A DNA stretch of 64,000 nt from the NCBI GenBank assembly GCA_900550565.1, contig URSG01000003.1, forward strand, positions 287 to 64,286, given 5' to 3'. Every line of letters starts with the position of its first letter. Within the stretch, counting starts at the first letter, position 1. The notes below the pieces were generated by a model. That model had not been told where the DNA came from. It made no database searches and was given only the letters and a program-made list of their open reading frames with translations. The position numbers were made by a program, and so were the translations under genes. This document shows positions 24,949 to 33,905 of this stretch, one piece after another. This DNA comes from an uncultured Rickettsiales bacterium. GTDB taxonomy: Bacteria; Pseudomonadota; Alphaproteobacteria; Rs-D84.

Positions 24949-26319
24949 ATGAATAAATTTACTAAAATTACAGCATCAATCGGCCCAAAGTGCGAGGATT
25001 ATGATACACTGGCCCAGATGGTGCGTGCGGGAATGAATGTATGCAGATTAAATTTCAGCCACGATACTGGTGATGTCCAGGGGGCCAAAATTGATTTAAT
25101 TCGTCGTGTGGCATCAGACTTGAATACGCCTGTTGCAGTAATGATTGATTTACAGGGCCCAAAACATCGTATTGGAAACTTTGCAACCGAAGATAAATAT
25201 CCACTGACCATCGGCCAGAAATTTACGTTTGACGATGACCCAACGCCGGGTGACGCAACACGTGTCCAGTTGCCTGATGCTGATGTTATGAAATCATTAA
25301 ACCCAGGCGACAGAATATTGTTAAACGACGGTAAAATTGAAATGACGGTTGATACAGTTGCCGATAATAAAATCGTTGCAACGGTTGTTCGTGGTGATGA
25401 AATTTGGTCGCGTCGTGGTTTTAATTTGCCAGATACTGATATTGCGACATCTGTTTTGACACCAAAAGACAGGGCTGATTTGGAATACGCAATTACAAAA
25501 AATCCAGATTGGGTTGCAATTTCATTTGTCCAGCGTCCCGAAGACGTGGCCGAGGTTCGCGATTTTATCACTGCGCGCACGTCGCACCCGATAAAAATTA
25601 TTGCCAAGATTGAACGTCCAAATGCGGTTGAACGCATTGCAGATATTGCCGCCGCTGCCGATGGGATTATGGTTGCGCGTGGCGACCTGGCGGTAGAGGT
25701 ACCGTTTGAACAGGTGCCTGCGATTTCACGTCATATTATTCGCACGTGCCGTATGTTAAATCGCCCGGTTATTATGGCAACCCAGATGTTGGGGACAATG
25801 GTGACCAGTGAATTTCCAACGCGCGCCGAAATCAGCGACGTTGCAAACGCGGCGTATCTGCGCACTGATTCAACAATGACGTCCGAAGAAACAACCATAG
25901 GTGTCAATCCGGTCAATGTGATTGAAACAATGGCCAAGATTGTCACATACGCAGACTATGACGCGATAACGCACCCCAGCGATTGGTTGCGCACGGAAAA
26001 CGTTCCTGAAAACGATTGGTCGCGTTCGGTTGCGTCAATGGCGTATCTGAATCACGCGTCGGCGATTGTTGTGTTCGCGCGCGATACAGATATTGCGACA
26101 AAAATTTCGTGTCGCAAGCCGGATATTCCAATTATCGCAGTGTGCCGTGACGCGGTCGTTGCAAACCAACTGTGCCTGTCGCGTGGGGTGTTCCCGATTT
26201 GTGATGACGCGCTGTTTGGCCAGCGTGACGGATTTAATTCTGCGCGCCAGTTTGGAATTTCATCTGGGCAACTGGTTATTGTTGACGATGAAAAAATCAG
26301 TTTGCGTGCAATGGATTAA
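24949..26319 (+). CDS. pyk: pyruvate kinase
   Basis: 456 aa with MNVCRLNFSHD, MVARGDLAVE and the overall PK layout. Confidence 0.95.
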   Translation: MNKFTKITASIGPKCEDYDTLAQMVRAGMNVCRLNFSHDTGDVQGAKIDLIRRVASDLNTPVAVMIDLQGPKHRIGNFATEDKYPLTIGQKFTFDDDPTPGDATRVQLPDADVMKSLNPGDRILLNDGKIEMTVDTVADNKIVATVVRGDEIWSRRGFNLPDTDIATSVLTPKDRADLEYAITKNPDWVAISFVQRPEDVAEVRDFITARTSHPIKIIAKIERPNAVERIADIAAAADGIMVARGDLAVEVPFEQVPAISRHIIRTCRMLNRPVIMATQMLGTMVTSEFPTRAEISDVANAAYLRTDSTMTSEETTIGVNPVNVIETMAKIVTYADYDAITHPSDWLRTENVPENDWSRSVASMAYLNHASAIVVFARDTDIATKISCRKPDIPIIAVCRDAVVANQLCLSRGVFPICDDALFGQRDGFNSARQFGISSGQLVIVDDEKISLRAMD

Positions 26320-26350
26320 ATACAGTGCGCCCGTTGGGCGCACTTATTTG

Positions 26351-26380
26351 TTGACCCGCGTGCGCATTTTTTACTAATAT
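26351..26380 (+). promoter_or_regulatory. candidate sigma70 promoter TTGACC-18-TAATAT
   Basis: Sits directly after the pyk terminator hairpin (26325-26345), about 15 nt before the ATG at 26395. Confidence 0.45.
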
Positions 26381-26394
26381 TTATATCATCAAAG

Positions 26395-27546
26395 ATGAGA
26401 AGGGTTTTAATCGCATTTTTTATCGGTGTTTTTTTATCTGGTGGCGCGATGGCGGCACCGTATCGTGCGGCACTGGTTGCAGATATGGATACAGGCCGCG
26501 TTTTAATCAAGGAAAATGCAGATCAACTAAATTACCCAGCGTCGCTGACAAAAATTATGACGCTGTATTTAACATTTGACGCGTTGGAACACGGGCGGTT
26601 GCACCTGGACGATTATCTGATTGTATCAAATTCTGCGGCGGCTGCGTCGCCGGTAAAACTGGGAATTGCCGCCGGCAGCAAGATTAGTGTCCAAGACGCA
26701 ATAAAGGCGGTCGCGGTGCTGAGTGCGAACGACGTCGCACGCGTGTTGGCCGAAAATTTAAAGGGTGGCAAAGAAGGAAACTTTGCCGATACAATGACGC
26801 GTGTTGCAAATGAAATTGGGCTGGCGAATACTAATTTTGAAAATTCATCTGGGTTGCCAAATGACGATCATCTGTCAACGGCGCGCGATATTGCATTGCT
26901 GTCTATGGCGGTGTATAAACATTTCCCACAATATTGGAAATATTTTGGTATCAAGACGTGGACATATAACGGCAAAACATATACCAACGGGAATCGTTTG
27001 TTGGCGTCATATCCAGGCTGTGATGGTATGAAGACCGGATTTACAAACAAATCACGTTATTCGTTGGTTGCCACCGCAAAGCGTGACGGCACGCATCTGA
27101 TTGTTGTGATATTGGGCGCAGAAAACAAAGACGTGCGCGCGTCTGTGGCGACCCAGTTGTTAAATCGTGGCTTTGCAATGTTGAAATCGGGCAGTGCGCC
27201 AATCGTTAAAAATACACCTGTTGCGACGACGCAACCACAAACGATGTCTGCGGCATACAGTGCGGCAACTGCGTCTGTGGCACCAACATACGATGTGACG
27301 CCGGCGCGCACGGTGACGGCGACGGGAACTGGAAATTCAGGGGTGCAATTCGGGGCGTTTTCATCGCACAATGCCGCCGCAACCCAGGTTAAAAATGTAA
27401 AGGCAAAACTGGGTATTACCAGTGTGATTGAACCGACGTCAAATGGTATGTATCGCGTCCGCACGTATGGGTTGAGCCAGACTGCGGCGGCCGACGTTCG
27501 TGCGCGTGCGTCTGCAATGGGTATTGACTGTTATGTGTTTCATTGA
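26395..27546 (+). CDS. D-alanyl-D-alanine carboxypeptidase (S11, PBP5/6-like) with C-terminal SPOR domain
   Basis: SLTK, SAND and KTGFT motifs. C-terminal GVQFGAFSS...MYRVRTYGLS...GIDCYVF is SPOR-like. Confidence 0.9.
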   Translation: MRRVLIAFFIGVFLSGGAMAAPYRAALVADMDTGRVLIKENADQLNYPASLTKIMTLYLTFDALEHGRLHLDDYLIVSNSAAAASPVKLGIAAGSKISVQDAIKAVAVLSANDVARVLAENLKGGKEGNFADTMTRVANEIGLANTNFENSSGLPNDDHLSTARDIALLSMAVYKHFPQYWKYFGIKTWTYNGKTYTNGNRLLASYPGCDGMKTGFTNKSRYSLVATAKRDGTHLIVVILGAENKDVRASVATQLLNRGFAMLKSGSAPIVKNTPVATTQPQTMSAAYSAATASVAPTYDVTPARTVTATGTGNSGVQFGAFSSHNAAATQVKNVKAKLGITSVIEPTSNGMYRVRTYGLSQTAAADVRARASAMGIDCYVFH

Positions 27547-27561
27547 TAGGGTGTGTTTGCA

Positions 27562-28161
27562 ATGAATCCACTGATTGAAAAATTGATTAAACAATTTGCA
27601 CGTTTGCCACGCGTTGGCGCACGTGGGGGGCAACGTATTGCGCTGGCACTGTTGCAAGATAAGACCGGGCGCGCAGAAATGCTGGCGACGACAATTCGTG
27701 ATGCGATTGAAAATATCGTGCCGTGTCCAAATTGTGGGGTGCTGACCGAACGGGGCGCAGGCCTGTGTGAATTTTGTCGCAATCCGGTGCGTGCAAACGG
27801 CGCATTGTGTATTGTGCGTGATTTGTCTGATGTTTGGACGTTGGAAAAATCTGGGGTGTTTCACGGGCGGTATCACATACTGGGCGGATTATTGTCTGGG
27901 GTGGCCGGGACGACACCTGGTGATTTGAATATTGGAACGCTGTCACAGCGTATCCAGGCCGAAAATATTCACGAGATTATTTTTGCATTACCCAACACGG
28001 TAGAGGGAAAAACAACCCAGCACTATGTTATGTCTGTGATTGGAACCCCAGATGGGGTCACGTTTTCAGAATTGGCGTCTGGGGTGCCATTGGGTGGCGA
28101 TTTGGATTACCTGGACGATGGGACATTATCGTTGGCGTTTGGGGGGCGTAAAACAATATGA
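27562..28161 (+). CDS. recR: recombination protein RecR
   Basis: HhH (LPRVGARGGQRIA), a C4 zinc finger (CPNCG...CEFC) and Toprim. Alternative GTG start at 27553. Confidence 0.95.
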   Translation: MNPLIEKLIKQFARLPRVGARGGQRIALALLQDKTGRAEMLATTIRDAIENIVPCPNCGVLTERGAGLCEFCRNPVRANGALCIVRDLSDVWTLEKSGVFHGRYHILGGLLSGVAGTTPGDLNIGTLSQRIQAENIHEIIFALPNTVEGKTTQHYVMSVIGTPDGVTFSELASGVPLGGDLDYLDDGTLSLAFGGRKTI

Positions 28162-28982
28162 CAGACGCAGTAAAAAATTTACCACCTGTTGCCGAAATGA
28201 TGCGTGCCACTGGTCTGGAACCCAAGAAGCAATTTGGTCAAAATTTCTTGTTTGATTTAAATTTAACCGGACGCATTGCGCGCAGTGTGCCAGATATTGA
28301 AAACACCGATGTTATGGAAATTGGGCCTGGGCCGGGCGGATTGACCCGGGCGTTATTGATGGCCGGTGCGCGTCGTGTTGTCGCGATTGAAAAAGACCCA
28401 ACGACAAAGCCTATTCTGGATAAAATTGTTGACGCGTCTGGCGGACGTTTAACGGTTGTGTATGGCGATGCGTTGCGTGTCCAGACGCGTGAATTAAATC
28501 TGGGGGCGTATGCGATATGTGCAAATTTGCCGTATAATGTCGGGACTGAATTATTTACGCGTTGGTTGATTTCGTTGACGGACGCAACGCCAATTAAATC
28601 TATGACATTGATGTTCCAGCGCGAGGTGGCTCAACGTATCACTGCGCGCGTTGGTGATGAACACTATGGGCGTTTGGCGGTTTTAACATCGCTGGTCGCA
28701 GATGCCAAGATTTTGTTTGATGTTCCAAATACTGCGTTTGTTCCACGGCCACGTGTTCAGTCTGCGGTTGTTCAGGTTGTGCCAAACCCGGCCAAGATTC
28801 GCAATGTTGGCGATATAAGCAAACTGGAACGTATTACCGCGCGCCTGTTTGGCCAGCGACGCAAAATGATACGTGGAATTATTCCTGGGGTTGATTGGGC
28901 AAAATATGGATTGACCGGAACAGAACGCGCCGAAGAATTATCGCCTGAAAAATTTTTACAAATGTCGCGCGATTTGATATAA
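28158..28982 (+). CDS. rsmA: 16S rRNA (adenine1518/1519-N6)-dimethyltransferase
   Basis: KKQFGQNFLFD, the EIGPGPGGLT SAM motif and NLPYNV. ATGA overlap with recR. Confidence 0.95.
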   Translation: MTDAVKNLPPVAEMMRATGLEPKKQFGQNFLFDLNLTGRIARSVPDIENTDVMEIGPGPGGLTRALLMAGARRVVAIEKDPTTKPILDKIVDASGGRLTVVYGDALRVQTRELNLGAYAICANLPYNVGTELFTRWLISLTDATPIKSMTLMFQREVAQRITARVGDEHYGRLAVLTSLVADAKILFDVPNTAFVPRPRVQSAVVQVVPNPAKIRNVGDISKLERITARLFGQRRKMIRGIIPGVDWAKYGLTGTERAEELSPEKFLQMSRDLI

Positions 28983-29011
28983 TACACAAAAATAGCAGGG
29001 GGGATTTTTAG

Positions 29012-30715
29012 ATGACAGCGTCATTATCAATATTACTGTTTGTCACAGTGGTCTTTGGATTGGTTTTTGCATTACGCCTGGCGCGGATTGGTGCGTTGGT
29101 TGCGTTTTTGCTGGCCGGTATTATTGCCGGGCCATACGTTTTGAATTTATTCCAGTTGACGGATAATTGGGCGATTCTGGGCAATCTGGGGATAATGTTT
29201 TTGTGGTTTATGTTGGGGCTGGGGATAAATATGCGCCGGTTGTGGGGATTGCGTCGCGCGATATTTGGTTTTGGTGCCGCCCAGGTTTTGATGGTTGTCG
29301 CGATACTGTTTCCGTTGTTGTTTGGGGTGACCGGTTGGTCAATTATGGGCTGTGTTATGGTGGCGTTGATGTTATCTATGTCCAGCACGTCCGAAGATGT
29401 CCAGTTGTTATCTGACCGCAACCAGGTGAACACTGAAATGGGGCGGCAAACATTTTCAATTTTATTATTCCAGGATTTGCTGGCAATTCCATTGTTGGCA
29501 ATGATGCCGGTATTGTCGGGCAAGTCGTTTAATTTTGGCGCAACTGCGATTGACGTTTTGGTTTGGTCTGTTGTTTTAATATTAGGCGTTGTGATTATTG
29601 GCCGATTTGTGTTGAATCCATTGATGCGCCAGGTTGCACGTCTGAAATCCAAAGAGGCATTTTTGTTGGCGATTTTATTAAACATCGCATTGTGGGCCAG
29701 CATTGCCGAATGGATTGGTATGCCGGTTGGTTTGGGCGCGTTCTTGGCCGGTATGTTGTTGTCTGAAACAATTTATAATCACCAGGTCACCGCAGAAATC
29801 AGCCCGTATGCAATGTTGTTCTTGGCGTTCTTTTTCATATCACTGGGTATGGGATTGAATTTGTCTGTGCTGGGGCAGTATTGGTATATCGTCGCGGCCG
29901 GCGTTATCGGATTGATAGCGGCCAAGTTTGTTGCGATATTTATGGTCGCGCGCGTTCGTCATGTCAGTTTGCCTGATGCAATAATGATTGCGCTGGTTCT
30001 GTCCCAGGCAGGCGAGTTTGGTCTGTTGATGTTGCAGACAATGCGGTCATCGGGGATTGACGCGATTCCGGCCCAACACCAGGAAATTTTAACGGCGATA
30101 ATAATGCTGTCTATAATGGCGACACCGATAATATTGGCGGTGTTTGATCGTCTGCAACGCACAGGAAAATTATTCAGTCCCAACCTGATGCCGTCGCGGC
30201 CACGCGTGTCAGATACGCCAAAGGTTGTGATTTGTGGATTTGGTCGTGTTGGCCAGTTGGTTGCACAAATGTTGCAGGCACAAAAAATATCGTATGTCGC
30301 GCTGGATATGGACGTGAATATTGTGATGTTAGGGCGCGAACACGGGTATAATGTTGTGTATGGTAATTCTACTAATGCCGATGTTCTGACGGATATTGGG
30401 CTGAACCCACACAAGACGCGCGCAGTGGTTGTTGCATTGGACAATGCATCAACCGCGCGTGATACCGTTATCACCGTGCGCGAGATTGCGCCCCGTATCC
30501 GTGTCTTTGCACGTGCGCGTAATCTGACAGAATCCAAGTTGCTGGTAAAAGAAGGGGCGCAAATCGCATTGCCTGAAACAATAGAAAGTTCGTTGTTCTT
30601 GGGCTATGGCGTGTTGGAACACTTGGGCGTATCGCAAAACGCACTGACGCGAATGTTGAACGAGTTGCGCCAGGATAATTATGCCCAGGTAGAAGACCCT
30701 GTATCCGATAACTAG
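29012..30715 (+). CDS. CPA2 family monovalent cation:proton antiporter with TrkA-N (Kef-type)
   Basis: 567 aa. Polytopic N-terminal half, then a Rossmann VVICGFGRVGQLVAQ. Confidence 0.85.
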   Translation: MTASLSILLFVTVVFGLVFALRLARIGALVAFLLAGIIAGPYVLNLFQLTDNWAILGNLGIMFLWFMLGLGINMRRLWGLRRAIFGFGAAQVLMVVAILFPLLFGVTGWSIMGCVMVALMLSMSSTSEDVQLLSDRNQVNTEMGRQTFSILLFQDLLAIPLLAMMPVLSGKSFNFGATAIDVLVWSVVLILGVVIIGRFVLNPLMRQVARLKSKEAFLLAILLNIALWASIAEWIGMPVGLGAFLAGMLLSETIYNHQVTAEISPYAMLFLAFFFISLGMGLNLSVLGQYWYIVAAGVIGLIAAKFVAIFMVARVRHVSLPDAIMIALVLSQAGEFGLLMLQTMRSSGIDAIPAQHQEILTAIIMLSIMATPIILAVFDRLQRTGKLFSPNLMPSRPRVSDTPKVVICGFGRVGQLVAQMLQAQKISYVALDMDVNIVMLGREHGYNVVYGNSTNADVLTDIGLNPHKTRAVVVALDNASTARDTVITVREIAPRIRVFARARNLTESKLLVKEGAQIALPETIESSLFLGYGVLEHLGVSQNALTRMLNELRQDNYAQVEDPVSDN

Positions 30716-30804
30716 GCGTAATAAAACAATGTCCCATTTTATGGGACATTTTATTTGCATTTAGGCGCGCGCATTGGTATATTTCGGCGTATAGGGACGG
30801 AAAA

Positions 30805-31350
30805 ATGAAAAAGAAAATATTACTGTGTATTGCGATTATTGTGACGGTTATTATGCTGGACGCACTGACCAAGGGGGCGTTGCTGTATTTAATTACTGGC
30901 ACAGTACCGGTGACGGGGGCGGCGTGGGATATTGTGCCGGTGCCGTATTTGATGGCGCACGTGACCGATTGGTTTAATATTGTGTTCACGTGGAATCCAG
31001 GCGCGTCATTTTCAATGCTGCGCACCGTGGGCGAAGGTGCGCCACTGATAATTGTTGCGGTGACTGGGTTTATAATCGGTATGATTGGGTATTATCTGTT
31101 TGCGCGCGCAGACAGTTATGAACGCGTCCCACTGGCGTTGGTTGTTGGTGGTGCGTTGGGGAATCTGATTGACCGGGTGCGTTTTGGCGCGGTTGTTGAT
31201 TTCCTGGATTTTCATATCGGCGCATTGCATTGGCCGGCATTTAATGTCGCAGATGTTTGTATTTGTGTGGGTGTTGCCCTATATATACTGAACTGGGCGA
31301 TTGCGCGTCGTCGCTGTATGTTGTCTGTTAAATCAAAGGATAGAAAATAA
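30805..31350 (+). CDS. lspA: lipoprotein signal peptidase II
   Basis: FTWNPGASFSM, GGALGNLIDR and FNVAD motifs. Confidence 0.9.
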   Translation: MKKKILLCIAIIVTVIMLDALTKGALLYLITGTVPVTGAAWDIVPVPYLMAHVTDWFNIVFTWNPGASFSMLRTVGEGAPLIIVAVTGFIIGMIGYYLFARADSYERVPLALVVGGALGNLIDRVRFGAVVDFLDFHIGALHWPAFNVADVCICVGVALYILNWAIARRRCMLSVKSKDRK

Positions 31351-32922
31351 ATGGTAAAATATTTAGATAATAATTCGGGCTTTGCCCAGTGGAACGCGAA
31401 CAAAAACGCCACGACCAAGAAATCAATGTTGGGGTCGTTTTTGTGGTGGGTCGTTTTATTCATCGCGGCGTGGTGGGCCGTCGGGGCAATTATGTCGCCA
31501 AAGAAAGCGACCACAACAACTGAATCAGACACTATGCCGGTTTTGGATTTATCGGCGGTGCCGGCGCATACCGCGACGTCTGATAAAATCACGGCGACGG
31601 TGCGTGGGTTGCGCGTGTCTGACGTTGTTCTGGCGGACTATGCCCAGAACGCCCAGGCGTCTGATGGCGAACGCGTCACGTTGTTGTCTGGGGATAATAA
31701 CTTTGCTGAAATCGGGGTTGTTGCAACTGGGACATCTGCGCCGACACCTGAAACAATTTGGAAAAAAAGTGGCGATGCGTTCACGTGGCGCAATTCTGAT
31801 GGGGTTGAATATCGTCGCACGGTGACGGTTGATGGATACCTGGTCACGGTCAGTGATGAAATCAAGAATAAATCTGGACGCGATATTACGGTGACGCCGT
31901 ATGCGCGCGTTGTGCGTGACGCCGGGGAAAAATCGTCTGGGGGTGTTTATACCGGTATGATTGCGTATGTGAATTCTGACATAGAACACAGTGATTGGTA
32001 TAAACTGGACAAGAAATCGTATGCGTATTCAACGACAAATGGTTTCGCCGGTTTTGCCGACCAATATTGGGAAACGGTTGTCCAACTGGACAGTCCAGAT
32101 CAAACCATACGTGCCAAGAAAGTTGCCCAGGACGCATACCAAACAGACATCGCTGCGGCGGCTGTGTCTGTGCCGGCCGGTGGCGATAAAACAATCACAA
32201 CGCACATATTTGCCGGCCCACGCGACCAGAATATCTTGGCCGGGGTGTCTGGTATGATTGCAGGCATTGATGAAACCGTAGATTATGGTTGGTTTTGGTT
32301 CTTGGCGCGTCCAATGTTGTGGGCGTTAAACGGCCTGTATTCAATCGTAGGCAATTACGGAATCGCGATTATTTTGTTCACATTGCTGTTGCGTTTGGCG
32401 ATATGGCCACTGACGCGCAAGTCATATACATCAATGATTGCGATGCAGAAAATGCAACCAGAAATGGTGCGTATCCAGAAACTGTATGCCAATGATAAAA
32501 TGCGTCTGCAAATGGAAATGATGCGCCTGTATCAGACGCACAAGACGTCGCCGATGTCTGGGTGTCTGCCGATGTTGATTCAGATTCCAATATTCTTTGC
32601 GTTATACAAGGCGTTGTTGGTATCTGTTCCTATGCGCAGTGCAGGGTTCTTGTGGATATCTGATTTGGCGGCGATGGACCCATATTTTATATTGCCGATA
32701 TTGATGGGTGCAACAATGTGGTGGCAGTCGCGTCTGCAAACGGTTGCCAAAACCGCGTCTGGCAATGACGCCGTTGCCCAGACGCAACGCGTAATGAAAT
32801 GGATGCCGGTTATATTTACGCTGTTGTTTGCGTGGATGCCGGCCGGGCTGGTGCTGTATTGGACGGTGTCAAATCTGTTTGGTATTGCCCAGATGCAGAT
32901 AATAAAACGCGTATCAAAATAA
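31351..32922 (+). CDS. yidC: membrane protein insertase YidC
   Basis: 523 aa. Large periplasmic P1 domain, then the conserved 60-kDa IMP core (GCLPMLIQIPIFFALY). Confidence 0.9.
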   Translation: MVKYLDNNSGFAQWNANKNATTKKSMLGSFLWWVVLFIAAWWAVGAIMSPKKATTTTESDTMPVLDLSAVPAHTATSDKITATVRGLRVSDVVLADYAQNAQASDGERVTLLSGDNNFAEIGVVATGTSAPTPETIWKKSGDAFTWRNSDGVEYRRTVTVDGYLVTVSDEIKNKSGRDITVTPYARVVRDAGEKSSGGVYTGMIAYVNSDIEHSDWYKLDKKSYAYSTTNGFAGFADQYWETVVQLDSPDQTIRAKKVAQDAYQTDIAAAAVSVPAGGDKTITTHIFAGPRDQNILAGVSGMIAGIDETVDYGWFWFLARPMLWALNGLYSIVGNYGIAIILFTLLLRLAIWPLTRKSYTSMIAMQKMQPEMVRIQKLYANDKMRLQMEMMRLYQTHKTSPMSGCLPMLIQIPIFFALYKALLVSVPMRSAGFLWISDLAAMDPYFILPILMGATMWWQSRLQTVAKTASGNDAVAQTQRVMKWMPVIFTLLFAWMPAGLVLYWTVSNLFGIAQMQIIKRVSK

Positions 32923-32924
32923 AA

Positions 32925-32948
32925 AGCGGGGCATTGCCCCGTTTTTTT
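32925..32948 (+). terminator. rho-independent terminator after yidC
   Basis: Stem GCGGGGC/GCCCCGT followed by T7. Confidence 0.7.
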
Positions 32949-32951
32949 GCA

Positions 32952-33299
32952 TTATATTTTTTGTATGTATTTAAACAATGCGTCTGGGGTTTGAATTCGG
33001 GCGCGGCGTATGCCGATTACGCGCTTGGTAAAATCAACACAGGTTATACCGCGCATATTATCCGTTTGTGGCGTCGCGTTTGGAATACATACGAATTTCC
33101 AGCCGTGTCTGCGCAGTGTGTTCATATCGCGCACGTCCAGTGCCAATCGCGCGATTTTGTGACGTGTCACAAATTGATACATAACAAATGGTTTCTTGGC
33201 CCCAGACGCAGTAATAATTGGCGCGCAATGCCGAAAGTGCCGACATAAAACGCGTGGCAAAAACTTTGATGTCTGGGTGCAAAATGCAACGATTATCAT
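32952..33299 (-). CDS. hypothetical protein (115 aa, basic, 6 Cys)
   Basis: AAGGA RBS 7 nt upstream and a start 16 nt after the stop of the upstream gene. Codon usage looks native. No family recognised. Confidence 0.45.
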   Translation of the reverse strand: MIIVAFCTQTSKFLPRVLCRHFRHCAPIITASGAKKPFVMYQFVTRHKIARLALDVRDMNTLRRHGWKFVCIPNATPQTDNMRGITCVDFTKRVIGIRRARIQTPDALFKYIQKI

Positions 33300-33314
33300 A
33301 ATTGTATCCTTTGG

Positions 33315-33668
33315 CTAGTCTTGGATAATCCAACCGCGTGCGATTGCGGCCTCGCCGATGGTTTGCATTGCGCGTCGCCATAAATCAGCAGCGCGATTTT
33401 CGGCCCAAATATATTGATGTGGTGCGCGTCGTCGGTCGCCGAATTCCTTCATCACAGATAATTGTTCATCAGATAATTTTCCACACAGATATAATTTTGT
33501 TATCAGCGTTTCCACATCTACCAGTTCTGCAACACGACGCGTGGCGCAATCGCGCGGTCGCATAAAACCATTACGAACAGACTTTGAATACAGAAACCAA
33601 AACCACATTTGTTCTGCATTGTGAAATTTTTCCGGTGCATATTCTGGTTGATTGTGTTGTGCTGTCAT
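33315..33668 (-). CDS. hypothetical protein (117 aa, possible HTH/sigma-region-4-like segment)
   Basis: Strong AAGGAG RBS. The segment KLSDEQLSVMKEFGDRRRAP resembles region-4-type HTH proteins, but only weakly. Confidence 0.5.
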   Translation of the reverse strand: MTAQHNQPEYAPEKFHNAEQMWFWFLYSKSVRNGFMRPRDCATRRVAELVDVETLITKLYLCGKLSDEQLSVMKEFGDRRRAPHQYIWAENRAADLWRRAMQTIGEAAIARGWIIQD

Positions 33669-33835
33669 TTTTTTCTCCTTGGCTAGGTGTTATTTGATAA
33701 ATCCAGGATTTAATTCCTGTGTTATGATGTATAGTCCAATGATTGACACTAGTAAAACATTACAACCTTTGGTTGAAATCAGAATCGGAAATCCGATTCA
33801 TTGCGTGATTTTTGATTTGTAAAAACGAATCGCGC

Positions 33836-33905
33836 AAAAAAACAAAAAACGCGCCATTTGGCGCGCAACGTTAAAAAAATCCCCACATATTTGTGGGGAA
33901 TTTTT
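33836..33905 (-). terminator. two tandem rho-independent terminators after virB10
   Basis: TCCCCACA/TGTGGGGA plus T7 (33872-33905), then GCGCGCC/GGCGCGC plus a T-run (33836-33868), on the minus strand. Confidence 0.75.

Noticed and set aside
29008-30537. Minus-strand ORFs 29008..29703 (231 aa) and 29959..30537 (192 aa) inside the CPA2 antiporter gene.
   Set aside because: They are antisense to a convincing membrane-transporter frame with a TrkA-N Rossmann motif, and their composition is atypical.
32799-33248. 149-aa plus-strand ORF overlapping the yidC 3' end and running antisense to gene 32952..33299. The ORFs 33058..33381, 33779..34030 and 33858..34139 were considered with it.
   Set aside because: It starts inside yidC in another frame and runs through the yidC terminator. 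The others overlap the virB10 terminators or the virB10 C-terminus without start signals.
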